IMG/VR virus record: IMGVR_UViG_3300009011_000001
Span: 124,001 to 188,000 of that record
DNA length: 64,000 bases
Reading direction: 5' to 3' (one strand)
This document shows, one piece after another, positions 39,960-51,000 of the stretch. Position numbers and translations under genes: made by a program. Below the pieces are notes generated by a model. It ran no database searches, was not told the origin of the DNA, and saw only the letters and a list, made by a program, of their open reading frames with translations. Numbering within the stretch: position 1 is the first letter of the stretch; each line of letters opens with the position of its first letter.

Positions 39960-40688
39960 ATGAAAATCGGTAGCTATGAATTCGCTGAGTTGACTCGCAA
40001 CAATGTACGCAACCTTCCAGAAGGTAGTGGTCTTATTCTCATGCAGGATAAGGTAACTGGCCTTTACGATGTAGCGGCAGCTAACAACCTGCGTCGTCGT
40101 GCTGAAGCAGCTTTGCATGGCGATGTGACCCCTAACATCCAGCGGCTCCACCCTGTCTCGCCGGAGACTAACGTCAAGTTCCTGTACACGCATCTTGGCT
40201 ACACTGTGCGTCCAGTGATGCATCGCTGCAGAGTGAAGACTCTGCTGCACGGCAAGATGATTCAACGCAGTACTCGCGGCACCCATGGACAAGGCTATAC
40301 GGTCAATCTGTTTACCTATCCTGAAAGTAGTGAATACGTTATCTCCATCCAGACCGTGGCTTCTACGGAAGATCCACTGACTCGTCTCTACCGCCACCTG
40401 AACGGGAAAATTCGACAGACCCACGAAACCAGCAATCCAATCATTCGCAATTTCTGCAAGAAACGCGGTCCGTTTGACGCAAAGAACTCATTCATTCTGG
40501 AGCAACATCAGACCAACATCGAAACACTCAAGGAAGCTAAGGCAATTGCTGCGGCACTTGCTTTGAAGTTAGGAACCGAATATTTACTGACCGCTAACGT
40601 GGTCGCAAAGTCCCAGTGGAAACATCCAGGCTGGGGTAAGGAAAAGACAGCATGTTCATCTACGTTTTTGGCTTCTCGTTGTGGGTAA
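39960..40688 (+). CDS. GIY-YIG-like derived two-domain protein, paralog of 28294-28911
   Basis: SGLILMQDKVTGLY..A.ANNLRRR; SNPIIRNF; EAKAIA...LGTEYLLTAN. Confidence 0.5.
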   Translation: MKIGSYEFAELTRNNVRNLPEGSGLILMQDKVTGLYDVAAANNLRRRAEAALHGDVTPNIQRLHPVSPETNVKFLYTHLGYTVRPVMHRCRVKTLLHGKMIQRSTRGTHGQGYTVNLFTYPESSEYVISIQTVASTEDPLTRLYRHLNGKIRQTHETSNPIIRNFCKKRGPFDAKNSFILEQHQTNIETLKEAKAIAAALALKLGTEYLLTANVVAKSQWKHPGWGKEKTACSSTFLASRCG

Positions 40689-40921
40689 TTGGGACCATCA
40701 GTCTTTTCGCTCACGAAGTGTGGTTGTGGAAGTGGCACCCTGAAGAATGGAAGAATCGGAAGAACGGCATCACCACTATGCCAGATTGGCAAGTCTGGTT
40801 GTGCATGCTCTTCTGGCCTATCGTTCTTGTAGGCGCACTGGCTCTTTCGGCCGGTACCTACATTTCTACAAATGCAACCGTATGGTTTGCATCCCGGAAG
40901 GCCCGTAAGAAAAAGAATTAG
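40652..40921 (+). CDS. small membrane protein
   Basis: Two TM segments, LFWP motif, basic tail. Confidence 0.7.
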   Translation: MFIYVFGFSLWVIGTISLFAHEVWLWKWHPEEWKNRKNGITTMPDWQVWLCMLFWPIVLVGALALSAGTYISTNATVWFASRKARKKKN

Positions 40922-40922
40922 T

Positions 40923-40960
40923 GCATAAGGCCCGTGGATTATCCCACGGGCTTTTTTTTT
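40923..40960 (+). terminator. intrinsic terminator
   Basis: GCCCGTGG...CCACGGGC followed by a T-tract. Confidence 0.85.
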
Positions 40961-40989
40961 GTTATGGATTGAATAGGTAACGCCTTTAT

Positions 40990-41002
40990 AATCGTACATT
41001 AC
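40990..41002 (+). promoter_or_regulatory. putative early promoter motif
   Basis: AATCGTACATTAC. Confidence 0.55.
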
Positions 41003-41044
41003 TAAGATGATGTCGTAATTACACTGTACCCAAGGAGCTGCACC

Positions 41045-41425
41045 ATGGCTAACTGCACTTGCAAAATAACATCAACGAGCACCGTCGTAGTCAACAACGG
41101 CAAGGCCTATCAGGATGCTTTTGAACGCCCAGACATGCGACTCTACATCCCTGTAGATCGTGAGGGTAAACTTACCGAATTGAGCCGGGCTATCAGCCTC
41201 CAATGCTGGATCACTGGCGAACGTAATCCTCAGATCCCTGAGGCGATGACGATGTCTGCTGAAGGCATCACGGCATCTTTGATCCGCAACCAACACGGTG
41301 ATGAGTTCGGGACTCTGTCTCGCTCGGTAGCCTACGGGTCGATTGCCAAGATGGAACTGTGGTTGCGTACACTACACCGCCACGAGAAAGGCGACATCAC
41401 TAACTTCACTGTTGGCTACCGTTAA
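41045..41425 (+). CDS. hypothetical protein
   Basis: AAGGAG RBS. Confidence 0.75.
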   Translation: MANCTCKITSTSTVVVNNGKAYQDAFERPDMRLYIPVDREGKLTELSRAISLQCWITGERNPQIPEAMTMSAEGITASLIRNQHGDEFGTLSRSVAYGSIAKMELWLRTLHRHEKGDITNFTVGYR

Positions 41426-41440
41426 TCCAGGAGGACACCA

Positions 41441-42163
41441 ATGTCTATTTCGACTCAGTTTGAAGATATCCTGTTTCTGCGCAAGATCGAACAACTCGGC
41501 CTGAAGCCGATGTGGGACTATATCCTGCGCACTAACCGGGGGAACGGAAATGGGTATCACAATACAAAACACATGTTCGACGCAGGCAAGAATGGATGGA
41601 AAATCTGGAACGTCGAAGTCGGCGATGAGTCCTACGCCTGCGATACTCCAGAATACCGTCTTGTCGATGTCATCACCGCCCTCCTCTGGCATGACTACGA
41701 TCACAGCGGAGGACACCAGCCGGATGTGGAGAATATCGAAGACGCCTGTAATGCGTTCGATCACTGGTGCAGCTTAGACGAGTTCCAGGACATCGTTAAG
41801 CGCCACAACTACTCCGGCGCCAATGCCAACTGCGTTAAACGCCTGATTCGCATCACCGAATTCCCGTTCATCCACGAACCCCGCTACATCGCAGAAAAGA
41901 TCGTTCGCGATTCCGATTTGCTCTACAGCTTTAAAGACGAAGCCGGCCCTATCCTTCACGGCCTGTATAGCGAACTGTCAGCCGCAGGTAAACTGCCAGA
42001 AGACATGAAGTTTGCACAGATCGTAGAAGGGCAAACCAAATTCCACAACGAGGTTCAGCTGTTCACTCAGACCGGCGTGATCCTTCACACCCTGCTGGTA
42101 GCCGAAGTGATTCGTGAGCAAACGGCTTACGCTCGCAAAGTTACTCAGCTGGAGAAAACATGA
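41441..42163 (+). CDS. HD-superfamily metal-dependent phosphohydrolase (class I PDE-like motifs)
   Basis: YHNTKHMFD, WHDYDHSG, TEFP, RDSDL. Confidence 0.85.
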   Translation: MSISTQFEDILFLRKIEQLGLKPMWDYILRTNRGNGNGYHNTKHMFDAGKNGWKIWNVEVGDESYACDTPEYRLVDVITALLWHDYDHSGGHQPDVENIEDACNAFDHWCSLDEFQDIVKRHNYSGANANCVKRLIRITEFPFIHEPRYIAEKIVRDSDLLYSFKDEAGPILHGLYSELSAAGKLPEDMKFAQIVEGQTKFHNEVQLFTQTGVILHTLLVAEVIREQTAYARKVTQLEKT

Positions 42164-42555
42164 TTGAAGAAACAGCGGACGTTTTGAAGCAACGTCTTGA
42201 TGCAATGGTCGAAGGACTTGATCCAAAAGAGTGCGAAAAGCTGTTGGTCGATATGGCAGAGTACGTCCTCATGGCCCGCTATGGTTTTGTTCTGGATGAC
42301 CAGATGAAAGAACTGAACCCAGGTACCTTTGACCGCTCTACAACGATCCAGACGATCAATGGCGGTAAGGCAGTACTCGTATCGCCAAAAGGTTACGAAG
42401 TCATCTCAGAAGAGAACGTGGGCAGTAATGGCTGCTATCGCGTTACTCTGCGTGAGCGCAAGCGTAGTTCATTCGAAGGATCGCCACGGGCAGGTAATGT
42501 TCCTCATCTGGAACGTGGCGGTTTCATCAAACGTTATTTGGGCCGGCAACGGTAA
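42160..42555 (+). CDS. hypothetical protein
   Basis: ATGA overlap. Confidence 0.7.
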   Translation: MIEETADVLKQRLDAMVEGLDPKECEKLLVDMAEYVLMARYGFVLDDQMKELNPGTFDRSTTIQTINGGKAVLVSPKGYEVISEENVGSNGCYRVTLRERKRSSFEGSPRAGNVPHLERGGFIKRYLGRQR

Positions 42556-42580
42556 CCCACTTATTTAGGAGCAGCTATAA

Positions 42581-43621
42581 ATGAAGAACCGCACTTTCGT
42601 TGTGGCCATCGATCCGAACATGGATAACTTCAGCGTACTCGGCCTGCGCCATACGCTGAAGAATGGCAACGATGTCGTCGTCCACAACGACCCGGCCATG
42701 AACATGCAGGGCGCTGAGACGGTGTTCAACTTTGACGTCTACATCAGTGGGAAGCGAGGCTTTGACCCCATTCTGGTTTCGGCACCTAGACACCGTCTGA
42801 TTGTAGTTCCTCGCCACACCAAGTCCGTTCAGGCTGCCTTGCTTCAAAAAGCTGTAGCCGATTTCGATGGCACTCCGCAGCATGGCTTCCGGCACGTACC
42901 TACCTGGATCAACGGCTGGGGCGGACGCAACTATCCCTGCTCCACTGACCGCATGGTCGTAAAGCCCGGCGATGGCGCACGGGGCATTGGTCAGTTCACG
43001 GTCAGCACTCAGAACGTGAACATGGACTACTTCCTCAAGCAGCTGAACAAGTTAGTTGAGGGCGAGCACACCCAAGAGAAGCTCGACGAATTCCTCTCTC
43101 AGTTCAACGGTAACGTTAAATACCACACTGGGTCTGAGAACTTCCCTCTGGAAGGACTGGGCGCCCTGAAAGAAGATGAAATCGTCGTTCAAGAAGTCAT
43201 CGAGAACATCGTGAAAGAATATCGGGTAATCACCGATAAGAATTCGCGTCCAGCCTATTGGCAAGAGCGCCGCCGTCCAGTTGGTCAGAACTTTCCTCAG
43301 GCGACCGGCGGTGGTGCGATCATCGACCATAACGCGCTCATCATGCTCGTCGACATCCCAAGCTGCATCAATGTGGCGCTGCTCGAACACCTCTGTCGTA
43401 ACGTGATTGGTCCATTGAGTTCGATCGACCTGTTCGTTACTGGCGATGGTAGCTGGGGTATCTTCGAGTACTGCAACCAGTTCGGTATATCTGGCGTTCC
43501 TCAGGACGTCGCGTTCAACCTGCACGCTGAATTCATGCAGGACATCGTCGACATCTATATCGAAGGTGAAGAACGCCGGAAGCTCGTCGCCGACGAAGCG
43601 GGGATGAGTTCCGATGCTTGA
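42581..43621 (+). CDS. ATP-grasp (RimK-like) ligase
   Basis: VVKPGDGARGIG, VVQEVI, EYRV, SIDLF...IFEYCN. Confidence 0.8.
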   Translation: MKNRTFVVAIDPNMDNFSVLGLRHTLKNGNDVVVHNDPAMNMQGAETVFNFDVYISGKRGFDPILVSAPRHRLIVVPRHTKSVQAALLQKAVADFDGTPQHGFRHVPTWINGWGGRNYPCSTDRMVVKPGDGARGIGQFTVSTQNVNMDYFLKQLNKLVEGEHTQEKLDEFLSQFNGNVKYHTGSENFPLEGLGALKEDEIVVQEVIENIVKEYRVITDKNSRPAYWQERRRPVGQNFPQATGGGAIIDHNALIMLVDIPSCINVALLEHLCRNVIGPLSSIDLFVTGDGSWGIFEYCNQFGISGVPQDVAFNLHAEFMQDIVDIYIEGEERRKLVADEAGMSSDA

Positions 43622-44265
43622 ATTTCTGTCAGAAGAAGCCCACGCAGCCTTTGTGCTGGTCTTTTTAATCTGGTGCTACGTCTGGTGGATTCGTTATCAG
43701 GCAAACCGGCGGCTCGAATTCACCGAGATGACTGACTGGTGCATTGCACTTAAGTATTGCATCGAAACCGACACCTTTTACTGCTTTCCGAAAGGTGTGC
43801 GTGAAGAAGGCATCTACCGGCGGCTCAAGCTGATGGAGAAGTATGGCATTGACGCCGATGTGCATTACGATAAAGAAACCCTGTACGTTCGCAAAAAGGA
43901 CGGCACTAACTGGGCCTGTGAAGTCTACTAAGGAAAAGAAGTAATTGAACAATTTCGATTCGCTGGGAAAAACCTTTACATGGATCGTAGTCGGTTTGAT
44001 TGCGATCGGCGTATATCTGTTCTTCGACAAACGACGTACAGATAGCTACAACAAATTTGTGATTGAAGGCTGGTGCGATTGCATCCTGCGCGGCATGTAT
44101 CTGAATGATGACGGCATGCCCGAGTTCATCCAGAAGCGTAACGTCAAGTATGCGTCGCAGTATTTCGAATCGTTGGGAGCAAAGACGCTCATCGACGTGT
44201 CCGAGAACAGCCTGGTTGTTTCTCATCGTGGTCGTCAGCACAAGCTGTCGATCACGGACGTGTAA
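43614..44265 (+). CDS. two membrane-anchored hypothetical CDSs (43614-43931, 43945-44265)
   Basis: N-terminal TM helices. Confidence 0.65.
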
Positions 44266-44336
44266 TAGTACTTTACTACGAAAGGGAGGGCTTTATGAGC
44301 CCTCCCTCTTCTATGCTATCTAACAAGGATTCTGAC

Positions 44337-45125
44337 ATGGGACTGTTGTCTGACCGCCAAATTAAAGAACGTTGCATGCAGCCAACCCATTACCTGAAAA
44401 ATGCTGAAGGTGAAGGTTGGTCTCCAGTTATTCCAGGCGTTACCCATTCGGTCGAAACGATCACCAATTGGGAAGTCCGTTCGTACTCTCGGTTGATTAA
44501 AGCTACTCCTACTGTTCTTGAGAACATGAAGTGGAAGCCAATGATCTCGCCGTTCGTTCCTGAGGCGATTCGTTATAAAGATGTCGATACAAATTACCCA
44601 ATCGCTAGCGCCCTTGATGTCAAAGCGGTGAAGATCATTTCGTATGGCCTGTCGTCATTCGGATATGACATCCGAATGAAGAAGACTGGTCTGAAGATCT
44701 TCACGAACATCAACTCTGCCATCATCGACCCGATGCGCATGTCGCCTGAGGCCTACAAGGAACCACAGGTGTTGTTTGATGAAGAGTTTAAGCTTCACTA
44801 CTTCATCTTGCCGCCGAAGTCTGTGGCGCTCGGCCACACGGTAGAGTACTTTGCCATTCCCCGCGATGTCCTCGTCATGTGCCTGGGCAAGAGCACGTAT
44901 GCCCGTGTCGCCATGATGCCGATCGTTACTCCACTTGAACCTGAGTGGGAAGGCGAACTGGTTCTGGAGATTGCAAACTTGGTTGAACTACCAATGCGCA
45001 TTTATCTGGAAACCGGCATTGCTCAGCTTCTGTTCCTGCAGGGCAACGAGGCGTGCGAAGTGAGCTACAACGACCGTGGCGGTAAGTATCAAGGTCAGAC
45101 GGGGACTCAAGATGCAATTCTTTAA
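44337..45125 (+). CDS. dcd: dCTP deaminase
   Basis: LSDRQI, ISYGLSSFGYDIR, GKSTYAR, TPLEPEWEG, GIAQLLF, GGKYQGQ. Confidence 0.95.
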   Translation: MGLLSDRQIKERCMQPTHYLKNAEGEGWSPVIPGVTHSVETITNWEVRSYSRLIKATPTVLENMKWKPMISPFVPEAIRYKDVDTNYPIASALDVKAVKIISYGLSSFGYDIRMKKTGLKIFTNINSAIIDPMRMSPEAYKEPQVLFDEEFKLHYFILPPKSVALGHTVEYFAIPRDVLVMCLGKSTYARVAMMPIVTPLEPEWEGELVLEIANLVELPMRIYLETGIAQLLFLQGNEACEVSYNDRGGKYQGQTGTQDAIL

Positions 45126-45437
45126 GCTCGGGGTTATTCTAATCGTCATTTACCTGTGCGGCGCGTTTGTCTCCGGCGGGTTTAATCCTGAGTCATGGAA
45201 TGCGTTCTGGAAACTGGTCCTTGTGGCCTGCGGTGTTGTTGCTGCGGTGTTCACACTGGAGAGACATTTGTAATGGATCCTGATGCTTACCTGAAGATTC
45301 TGCTCACAACAGCAACCTGTTATTTAGGTGGGGCTTTCGTAGCCGGCACCTTTAACACGGGTCGCTGGAACCCTTACTGGAAAGCCGCCCTCGTTGTACT
45401 GTGGGTTCTTTGCTGCTTCAGTGTGATCCGTGCCTAA
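45112..45437 (+). CDS. tandem paralogous small membrane proteins (45112-45273, 45273-45437)
   Basis: Both contain YL.GAFV.G.FN...WN..WK..LV. Confidence 0.75.
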
Positions 45438-45477
45438 TGTTCCTGTAATATGAAATAAATTGAGCGAGGTGGTTAAC

Positions 45478-47179
45478 ATGGATTTGTTCCGGTGGTTTGA
45501 CCGTAAAAAGAAATCCGCTAAAGATCTGACTGCTGAGTTACCTCCGGCCGTTAGATTCATTAAACCACCCGTCGTTATGACTATTGCAGAATGGGACCGG
45601 ATCAACGATGAAACCCCCACCCAGTTCTTGCAGTATGGGTGGAGGCGCGGTGAGGAGAATGAGTTCACTCGGCCTTGGGATCAGCAGCTCAAATTTGCGT
45701 ACCAGCATGGGCAGCAGTACAAGATCCATTCGATGTCAGTGATGCTGCCCAACGGCTTAGGTCTGAGGGCAGCCAGCTTTATCTCTCCGCAGATTGAAAA
45801 CATGGGTCTGAACACCATGCTGATTCTTTATCTGTCTGCGGAAGTAGCTTTTAAAGAAATGCCAAAGATCGATCCGGTCACTGGTGGCGCCACCCCTGAA
45901 TTGAGCGATACTCTTCGCTATATCGCTTTAAGGATGGAGTCCCGCATCATGACTGTAATCACCGACAGTCTGTCCGGACAAGTGTTGGTTGTTCTGAGAT
46001 CGTGGGCAAAGAATTACACCATCTATAATAACGAAGAGCGTTGGACCGTCAGCGCTCAAACAGACACGACCATCAAAAAGGAGTCTGATAAGCCATGAGC
46101 AAGAATGTTACTGTAGAAGCAATTCTGGAAGCGCTTTCGAGCGCACGGGATAAAAGCGAGGCTCGACAGCTTCGTATCAATCCAGAAGCAGGCAGTCTGG
46201 AGAAATCTCTGGACTTCGTGGCAGCCATCCCTGCTACTCTTCCACGTCACTTTTACGACATGGACACGGCACCGCCGATGGGATTGACCACCACTGATCG
46301 AGAATCGTTCGGCAGTCGCTTTCCGCACTTCTTTGCAAAGATGCTGGGTGACGGCGGCGTGCAGAAAGTTCTCGGGGCTATCGAGGAAGCACATCCGCAT
46401 CCTCCGAAGTACATGTACAGCGCTGTTACGTTGTACGCGTGCACGAAGGATCTTGTGGTCATGTTGACCGAGGCAGTGGTTGTTCCAGCGACAGGGGATA
46501 TGTCATGAGCGCACCCAACAAGAAGTATCTGATCAAGCTGCCTATCGATAGCGCCTCTCAACAGCCAGCTGCAATCATGGCGGGCTACGGCGAGATCGTC
46601 AAAGAGCTGAAGAAGTATTCGACTACCGATGTGGTCAAATACAGCATGCCGGGGGCGACCGATGATGTTTTGCGGCGTCTGGTAAACATCGCCAAGGCAC
46701 CTAAAGCGGATCTGATCGCCAAAGGTGTTGACGTGGAAGACCTGCCGGATCTGGCAGACGTGCTGGCAACCAACCTGCCATGGATTGGTCATGCTACGCA
46801 CAACGATGCCTCACGCCAGTTCCGTTCCAAGAACGCATTGGCCGTAGCGGTTGAAGTCCTGCGTGAGTTCGACGGTTACATCTACCGTTTGTCTGCCGAT
46901 ATTGGCTGCCCTCCCGAAAGCCGTGGCCCTGCTCTGTTCGAACTGCAGAACCCTTCGCGCATGGATCGTTTTTACAAGATCCACGTCAACTTCGAACTGA
47001 CCGACAAGCTGTCTTCTGACATCTTGCTGAAGTCGCCGATCGTGCCGCAAAGCCTGATCGACTACCTGACCAAACTCGGTTACGAACAACATGGCCGTTT
47101 CTTTAGCCATCCTGACTTCGGTCATGCAAGCATTCACGTATCGCTGTTCGGCAAGATTGCTGACGCCGAGGTGAAGTAA
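45478..47179 (+). CDS. three hypothetical CDSs (45478-46098, 46095-46508, 46505-47179)
   Basis: ATGA-coupled ORFs. Confidence 0.7.
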
Positions 47180-47180
47180 C

Positions 47181-47657
47181 ATGAACTTCTCGATCATCCC
47201 CAAGTGGGTTTGGGTTGTTGTCGCCCTTGCTGTTCTCGGGGGTGTCGCAGGTTCTGGTATTTACGCCGTCCACAGCTACAACACGATGGCTACAAAACTT
47301 TCCACGGAGACTAGTGAAAAGAACACCGCGATTGAAGCAAACAAAACTTTGCAAGGCGAAATCGAACGTCTGAAACAAGACGCTATCGACAAGCAAGCCG
47401 TAAATGAAAGTATTGCCGCAGAGAAGGCCAAGACGCAAGAAGAGCTGAAAGGCTTATCGAGCAACTTGGATGTCGCTATCTTTGAACGCGATGAGGCGCG
47501 CCGTAAGGCTCAAGAACTCGCAGGCACTACCAATGTGTGTAAAGCTGACGATGCGTTCTCAGTGGTGCCTACAGAGCCTGACATCAGGTTGGATTATGCA
47601 TGGCAGGTCTACTGCAAAACTAATCCGAACGTCAGTGTCTGCAAGGTGGCGAAATGA
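47181..47657 (+). CDS. i-spanin (Rz-like)
   Basis: N-terminal TM, coiled-coil periplasmic domain, C-terminal Cys; coupled to a lipoprotein gene. Confidence 0.75.
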   Translation: MNFSIIPKWVWVVVALAVLGGVAGSGIYAVHSYNTMATKLSTETSEKNTAIEANKTLQGEIERLKQDAIDKQAVNESIAAEKAKTQEELKGLSSNLDVAIFERDEARRKAQELAGTTNVCKADDAFSVVPTEPDIRLDYAWQVYCKTNPNVSVCKVAK

Positions 47658-47974
47658 ACTATTTGATGCTCTGTGTCTTTGCAATGATGGCGGGCTGTGC
47701 TGCCGAACCGGTGGTCGTTACCAAGACGACTACTCAGTACGCAACCATGGATGACAGTTGGCTTGCTGACTGTGTTATCACTCCGCCTCCATCGCCCGTG
47801 CCCTATCGGACGGCTGATCTCCAACACCGACTCGACATGTGGGCTAAGTCCTACGCCGATCTGGTGAAAGAGACAGTTGATTGCAACACTCGTCTTGTAG
47901 GTGCACGAAGCTACAACGCCAAGAAGAAGCTTGAGACCACCACGGTCACCTGCAGCAATGGCGTCTGCAAATAG
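47654..47974 (+). CDS. o-spanin (Rz1-like lipoprotein)
   Basis: Lipobox MAGC; L.DC..TPPP, DCN.RL. Confidence 0.8.
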   Translation: MNYLMLCVFAMMAGCAAEPVVVTKTTTQYATMDDSWLADCVITPPPSPVPYRTADLQHRLDMWAKSYADLVKETVDCNTRLVGARSYNAKKKLETTTVTCSNGVCK

Positions 47975-48006
47975 CATACACCCCGGCCAAAGGGCCGGGG
48001 TGTATG
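47975..48006 (+). terminator. CATA...TATG-closed hairpin terminator
   Basis: CATACACCCCGGCC-AAAG-GGCCGGGGTGTATG. Confidence 0.8.
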
Positions 48007-48033
48007 TCATCTTAATCTCAACTGGAGTTTGTC

Positions 48034-48586
48034 ATGTCTCAAGAAATGCAACTGAAAGATTTCTTCATCTCCGAAGGCTCGATGCGTGTCTTCGCAGCTA
48101 ACCACACCGACGGCGCTATCCGCACCAAGATGCTGGGCATCAACAACAAGTGCTACCACGACAAAGATGAGGCCGACATCTGGTTCGGCGACGTAAAGAA
48201 CGAGATCTCTCGTGCTCGTGGCCTGTGCGGAGAAGTCGAGGTCCAGTCGGCGTTGGAAAAGGTCAGCAGCATCTATGGCCGCATGATCGGTGTCATCAAT
48301 ACCAACAACGGCTCTGAGCGCGAAGAAGATGAAAGCCAATAAAGATGTTGAGTTATACTTTACATCTAAGGCGGCAAGTTTGATTTTTGCCGCTTTACAT
48401 ACCGATGGCGCAACACGCTGCAAACTTCTCGGCATGGTTGATAAGTGCTACCACGATCGCGACGCAGCCGAACTCTGGCGTATCGAAACTATCAACGAGA
48501 TCAACCTCGGAACTGATTTCGATAAAGAAACACGACAGCTTGCGATCGATGCAGTAAACAAGATGTATAAAGGCTGGTGGAAGTAA
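48034..48586 (+). CDS. tandem paralogous small proteins (48034-48342, 48329-48586)
   Basis: Both contain FAA.HTDGA.R.K.LG...KCYHD.D.A..W. Confidence 0.8.
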
Positions 48587-48623
48587 CTTACATCCCTGAC
48601 GAGGATGACAGCTAAAAAGATTT

Positions 48624-48637
48624 GAGTCACACATAAC
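48624..48637 (+). promoter_or_regulatory. putative early promoter motif
   Basis: GAGTCACACATAAC. Confidence 0.5.
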
Positions 48638-48670
48638 TCACATGAATCAAACCGCAACATTGGGGGCGTC

Positions 48671-49359
48671 ATGGAGTATTTGATCGAAACAATAATCGAC
48701 GGCGTCCATAGTTCTGAGAATAATGCGCTCGCTTGTGCATTGCAGACTGTTGTTTGTGGACGCTATAATCAAAGACTCTGGGCCATACGCACATGGCCCT
48801 TAGACTGCGGGAAATGGAAGTTGGCGTTTTATCACGTCCCTTCTACTGCTCCTGCAGCACACCTCGCTGCTTTCAAAGCCCTACACGAAAGTGGCGAGTT
48901 GGATCACGGACTCGGAGACGAGCAAAGCTGGTGCGTTGGCGTTGGCGAGACCGTGACGCGTTACCGGGACATGGTTCAGATGAAGGTCATGCGAATGTGT
49001 GATGATCGAATCAAGCCTGCCCAAATTCCGCTTTATACACCGCTTACATATACGTCCTAAGGAGGACACAGATGTATTCCAATACCGCCCGCGCTTACGA
49101 TGACCAGTTCGTTCAAACTACCGTAGACTTTGGCAATGAAATGGCCAAGCTCCGCGCGTACCGCGACGAACTCAGTTCTAAATACAGTGCTCTGCAATTG
49201 CGGAAAATGGAGTTGTTGTTGAGCAACTCCAGCACGAAAGTCATCGAAGCTGAAATGGAAGAAGTGGCGCGCGTCAAAGCAACCATCGCCGGCGAGATCG
49301 ATAGCCTGATGGCTGTTCAAAACGATTACCTGAAAAGCTGTATGCATGCCCGTGCATAA
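48671..49359 (+). CDS. two hypothetical CDSs (48671-49060, 49072-49359)
   Basis: RBS-led ORFs. Confidence 0.7.
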
Positions 49360-49432
49360 ACAATAAACCTGAATGCGCATCCAGCGGGAGCTGGGTGTGC
49401 TTCGATGATTTTCATTTGCCCAAGGAATAGTT

Positions 49433-50941
49433 ATGCCAACCGTACTGAGCTCACGAGATTACGGAATTGTTTTCAAGAACGTTGATGACGGTGTCCGCCT
49501 CGACCACGTTCCGCCATACGTCTACACCCTGGGCCTGATCGGTAACCCGATGGATGGCCATGAGCTGTTGCTCAAGAAGGACCGCAAGAACTTCAACGTA
49601 CCGCCCAAGCTGTACGGCGATAACCACGACTACCTCAGCATGATCTACGACGACTGGCGCGAAACTGAAGGCGCCATCGGTGCAATGCTCTACGGTAAGA
49701 AGGGTTGTGGTAAAACCGTCCTGTCTGAAATGATCGGTAACAAGATCCTTCAGAATGACGTGCCGGTCTTCCTGATCAACACGAAGATCCCGGCGCACAT
49801 GATCAAGATGACTCTGGCCGCTTGCCCGAACGGCGCAATGGTTCTCTTCGACGAGTTCGAAAAGATCTACGAAGAAGACGATCAGAAAGAACTGCTGATC
49901 CTGTTCAGCGATAGCGATCTGAAGAAGGTTCTCTTCGTCATGACCGTTAACGACGCTGGTGAGATCAACGACTTCCTGATCAACCGTCCTGGTCGTGTGA
50001 AGTTCTGGATCCATTACGAAGGCATCGACGATCGCGTCGTTTCTGAACTGATGGAAGAGATGAAGGTGCCGAAGGTTCTTCGCTCCGGCATTCGTGAGTG
50101 GGCGCGTGATCTCGGCGAGGAAGTTAGCTTCGATATCATGAAGTTCGTCTGCAAAGAAGCTCTGAAGTGCACGTCTTACGCACAGCTCGTTAAACGCATT
50201 CGTGTGCTTAACGTTCCGGCGATGCGGCACCATGACTACGAGCTGTGGGAAGTCTCCGTCAACGAGCAGGCGTACTGGAACGAGAACGTCAAGTTTGAAA
50301 TGGTTGGCGAGCGTTCTTTCTCCATCGGTATCAAGTGTCAGGAAACTGGCATCGATCTGTACGAGGAGTTCGATCTTCAGTGTGGCGGCGATGGGCGGTT
50401 CGATCGTGCAGTGAATCTGCCCGGTGGTATTCGCCTTGACATCCACAAAACAACCAGACAGTACTGGTCAACGGAGGATAGCGCCGTCCGGCGGCTTGGC
50501 TCTAAGCCTGTGCCAGTGGAGGTCGCCCAGGAGCCCCTGGGAAAGAATCAACCGCTACACCAGAACCTGGGTCAAAGCCAACCAAAGGAGTCGTCTGCCA
50601 CATCGTCGACGAATCACGAGGGGATCAACACGGAGGCTTGGTTGATATCGGACAAGGACGCCTCACGGATATTGGCCGAGGATAAAAACACTCAGACGGT
50701 ATCCAGGATGACGAGGTTTGGCAGCCGTGGAGCACCGGGTAGTTTCGATAAGCAAGTTAGCATCGATGGTCCTAATCCAAAGGACTTCGATGGCGATGCC
50801 GTTGACCTGTCGAGTGCGCTTGATATCAGTAAGCTTTATCGGCCATTGACGGTTAGCTATACAAGCATGTCCATGCTCAGTAGCAAACACGCCAAAACAC
50901 CAAAAGATCCAAAAGGTGGGGCACGTAAAGAAAAAGAGTAA
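49433..50941 (+). CDS. AAA+ ATPase with a long disordered C-terminal tail; paralog of 18131-19264
   Basis: GKKGCGKT, VLFDEFEK, LFSDSD, NRPGRVK. Confidence 0.9.
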   Translation: MPTVLSSRDYGIVFKNVDDGVRLDHVPPYVYTLGLIGNPMDGHELLLKKDRKNFNVPPKLYGDNHDYLSMIYDDWRETEGAIGAMLYGKKGCGKTVLSEMIGNKILQNDVPVFLINTKIPAHMIKMTLAACPNGAMVLFDEFEKIYEEDDQKELLILFSDSDLKKVLFVMTVNDAGEINDFLINRPGRVKFWIHYEGIDDRVVSELMEEMKVPKVLRSGIREWARDLGEEVSFDIMKFVCKEALKCTSYAQLVKRIRVLNVPAMRHHDYELWEVSVNEQAYWNENVKFEMVGERSFSIGIKCQETGIDLYEEFDLQCGGDGRFDRAVNLPGGIRLDIHKTTRQYWSTEDSAVRRLGSKPVPVEVAQEPLGKNQPLHQNLGQSQPKESSATSSTNHEGINTEAWLISDKDASRILAEDKNTQTVSRMTRFGSRGAPGSFDKQVSIDGPNPKDFDGDAVDLSSALDISKLYRPLTVSYTSMSMLSSKHAKTPKDPKGGARKEKE

Positions 50942-50949
50942 CGCAGTGC

Positions 50950-50980
50950 GCCGAGGTCCTTCGGGACCTCGGCTTTATGC
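50950..50980 (+). terminator. intrinsic terminator
   Basis: GCCGAGGTCC-TTCG-GGACCTCGGC-TTTATGC. Confidence 0.8.
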
Positions 50981-51000
50981 CGTTTTTATTTGGAGCGATT

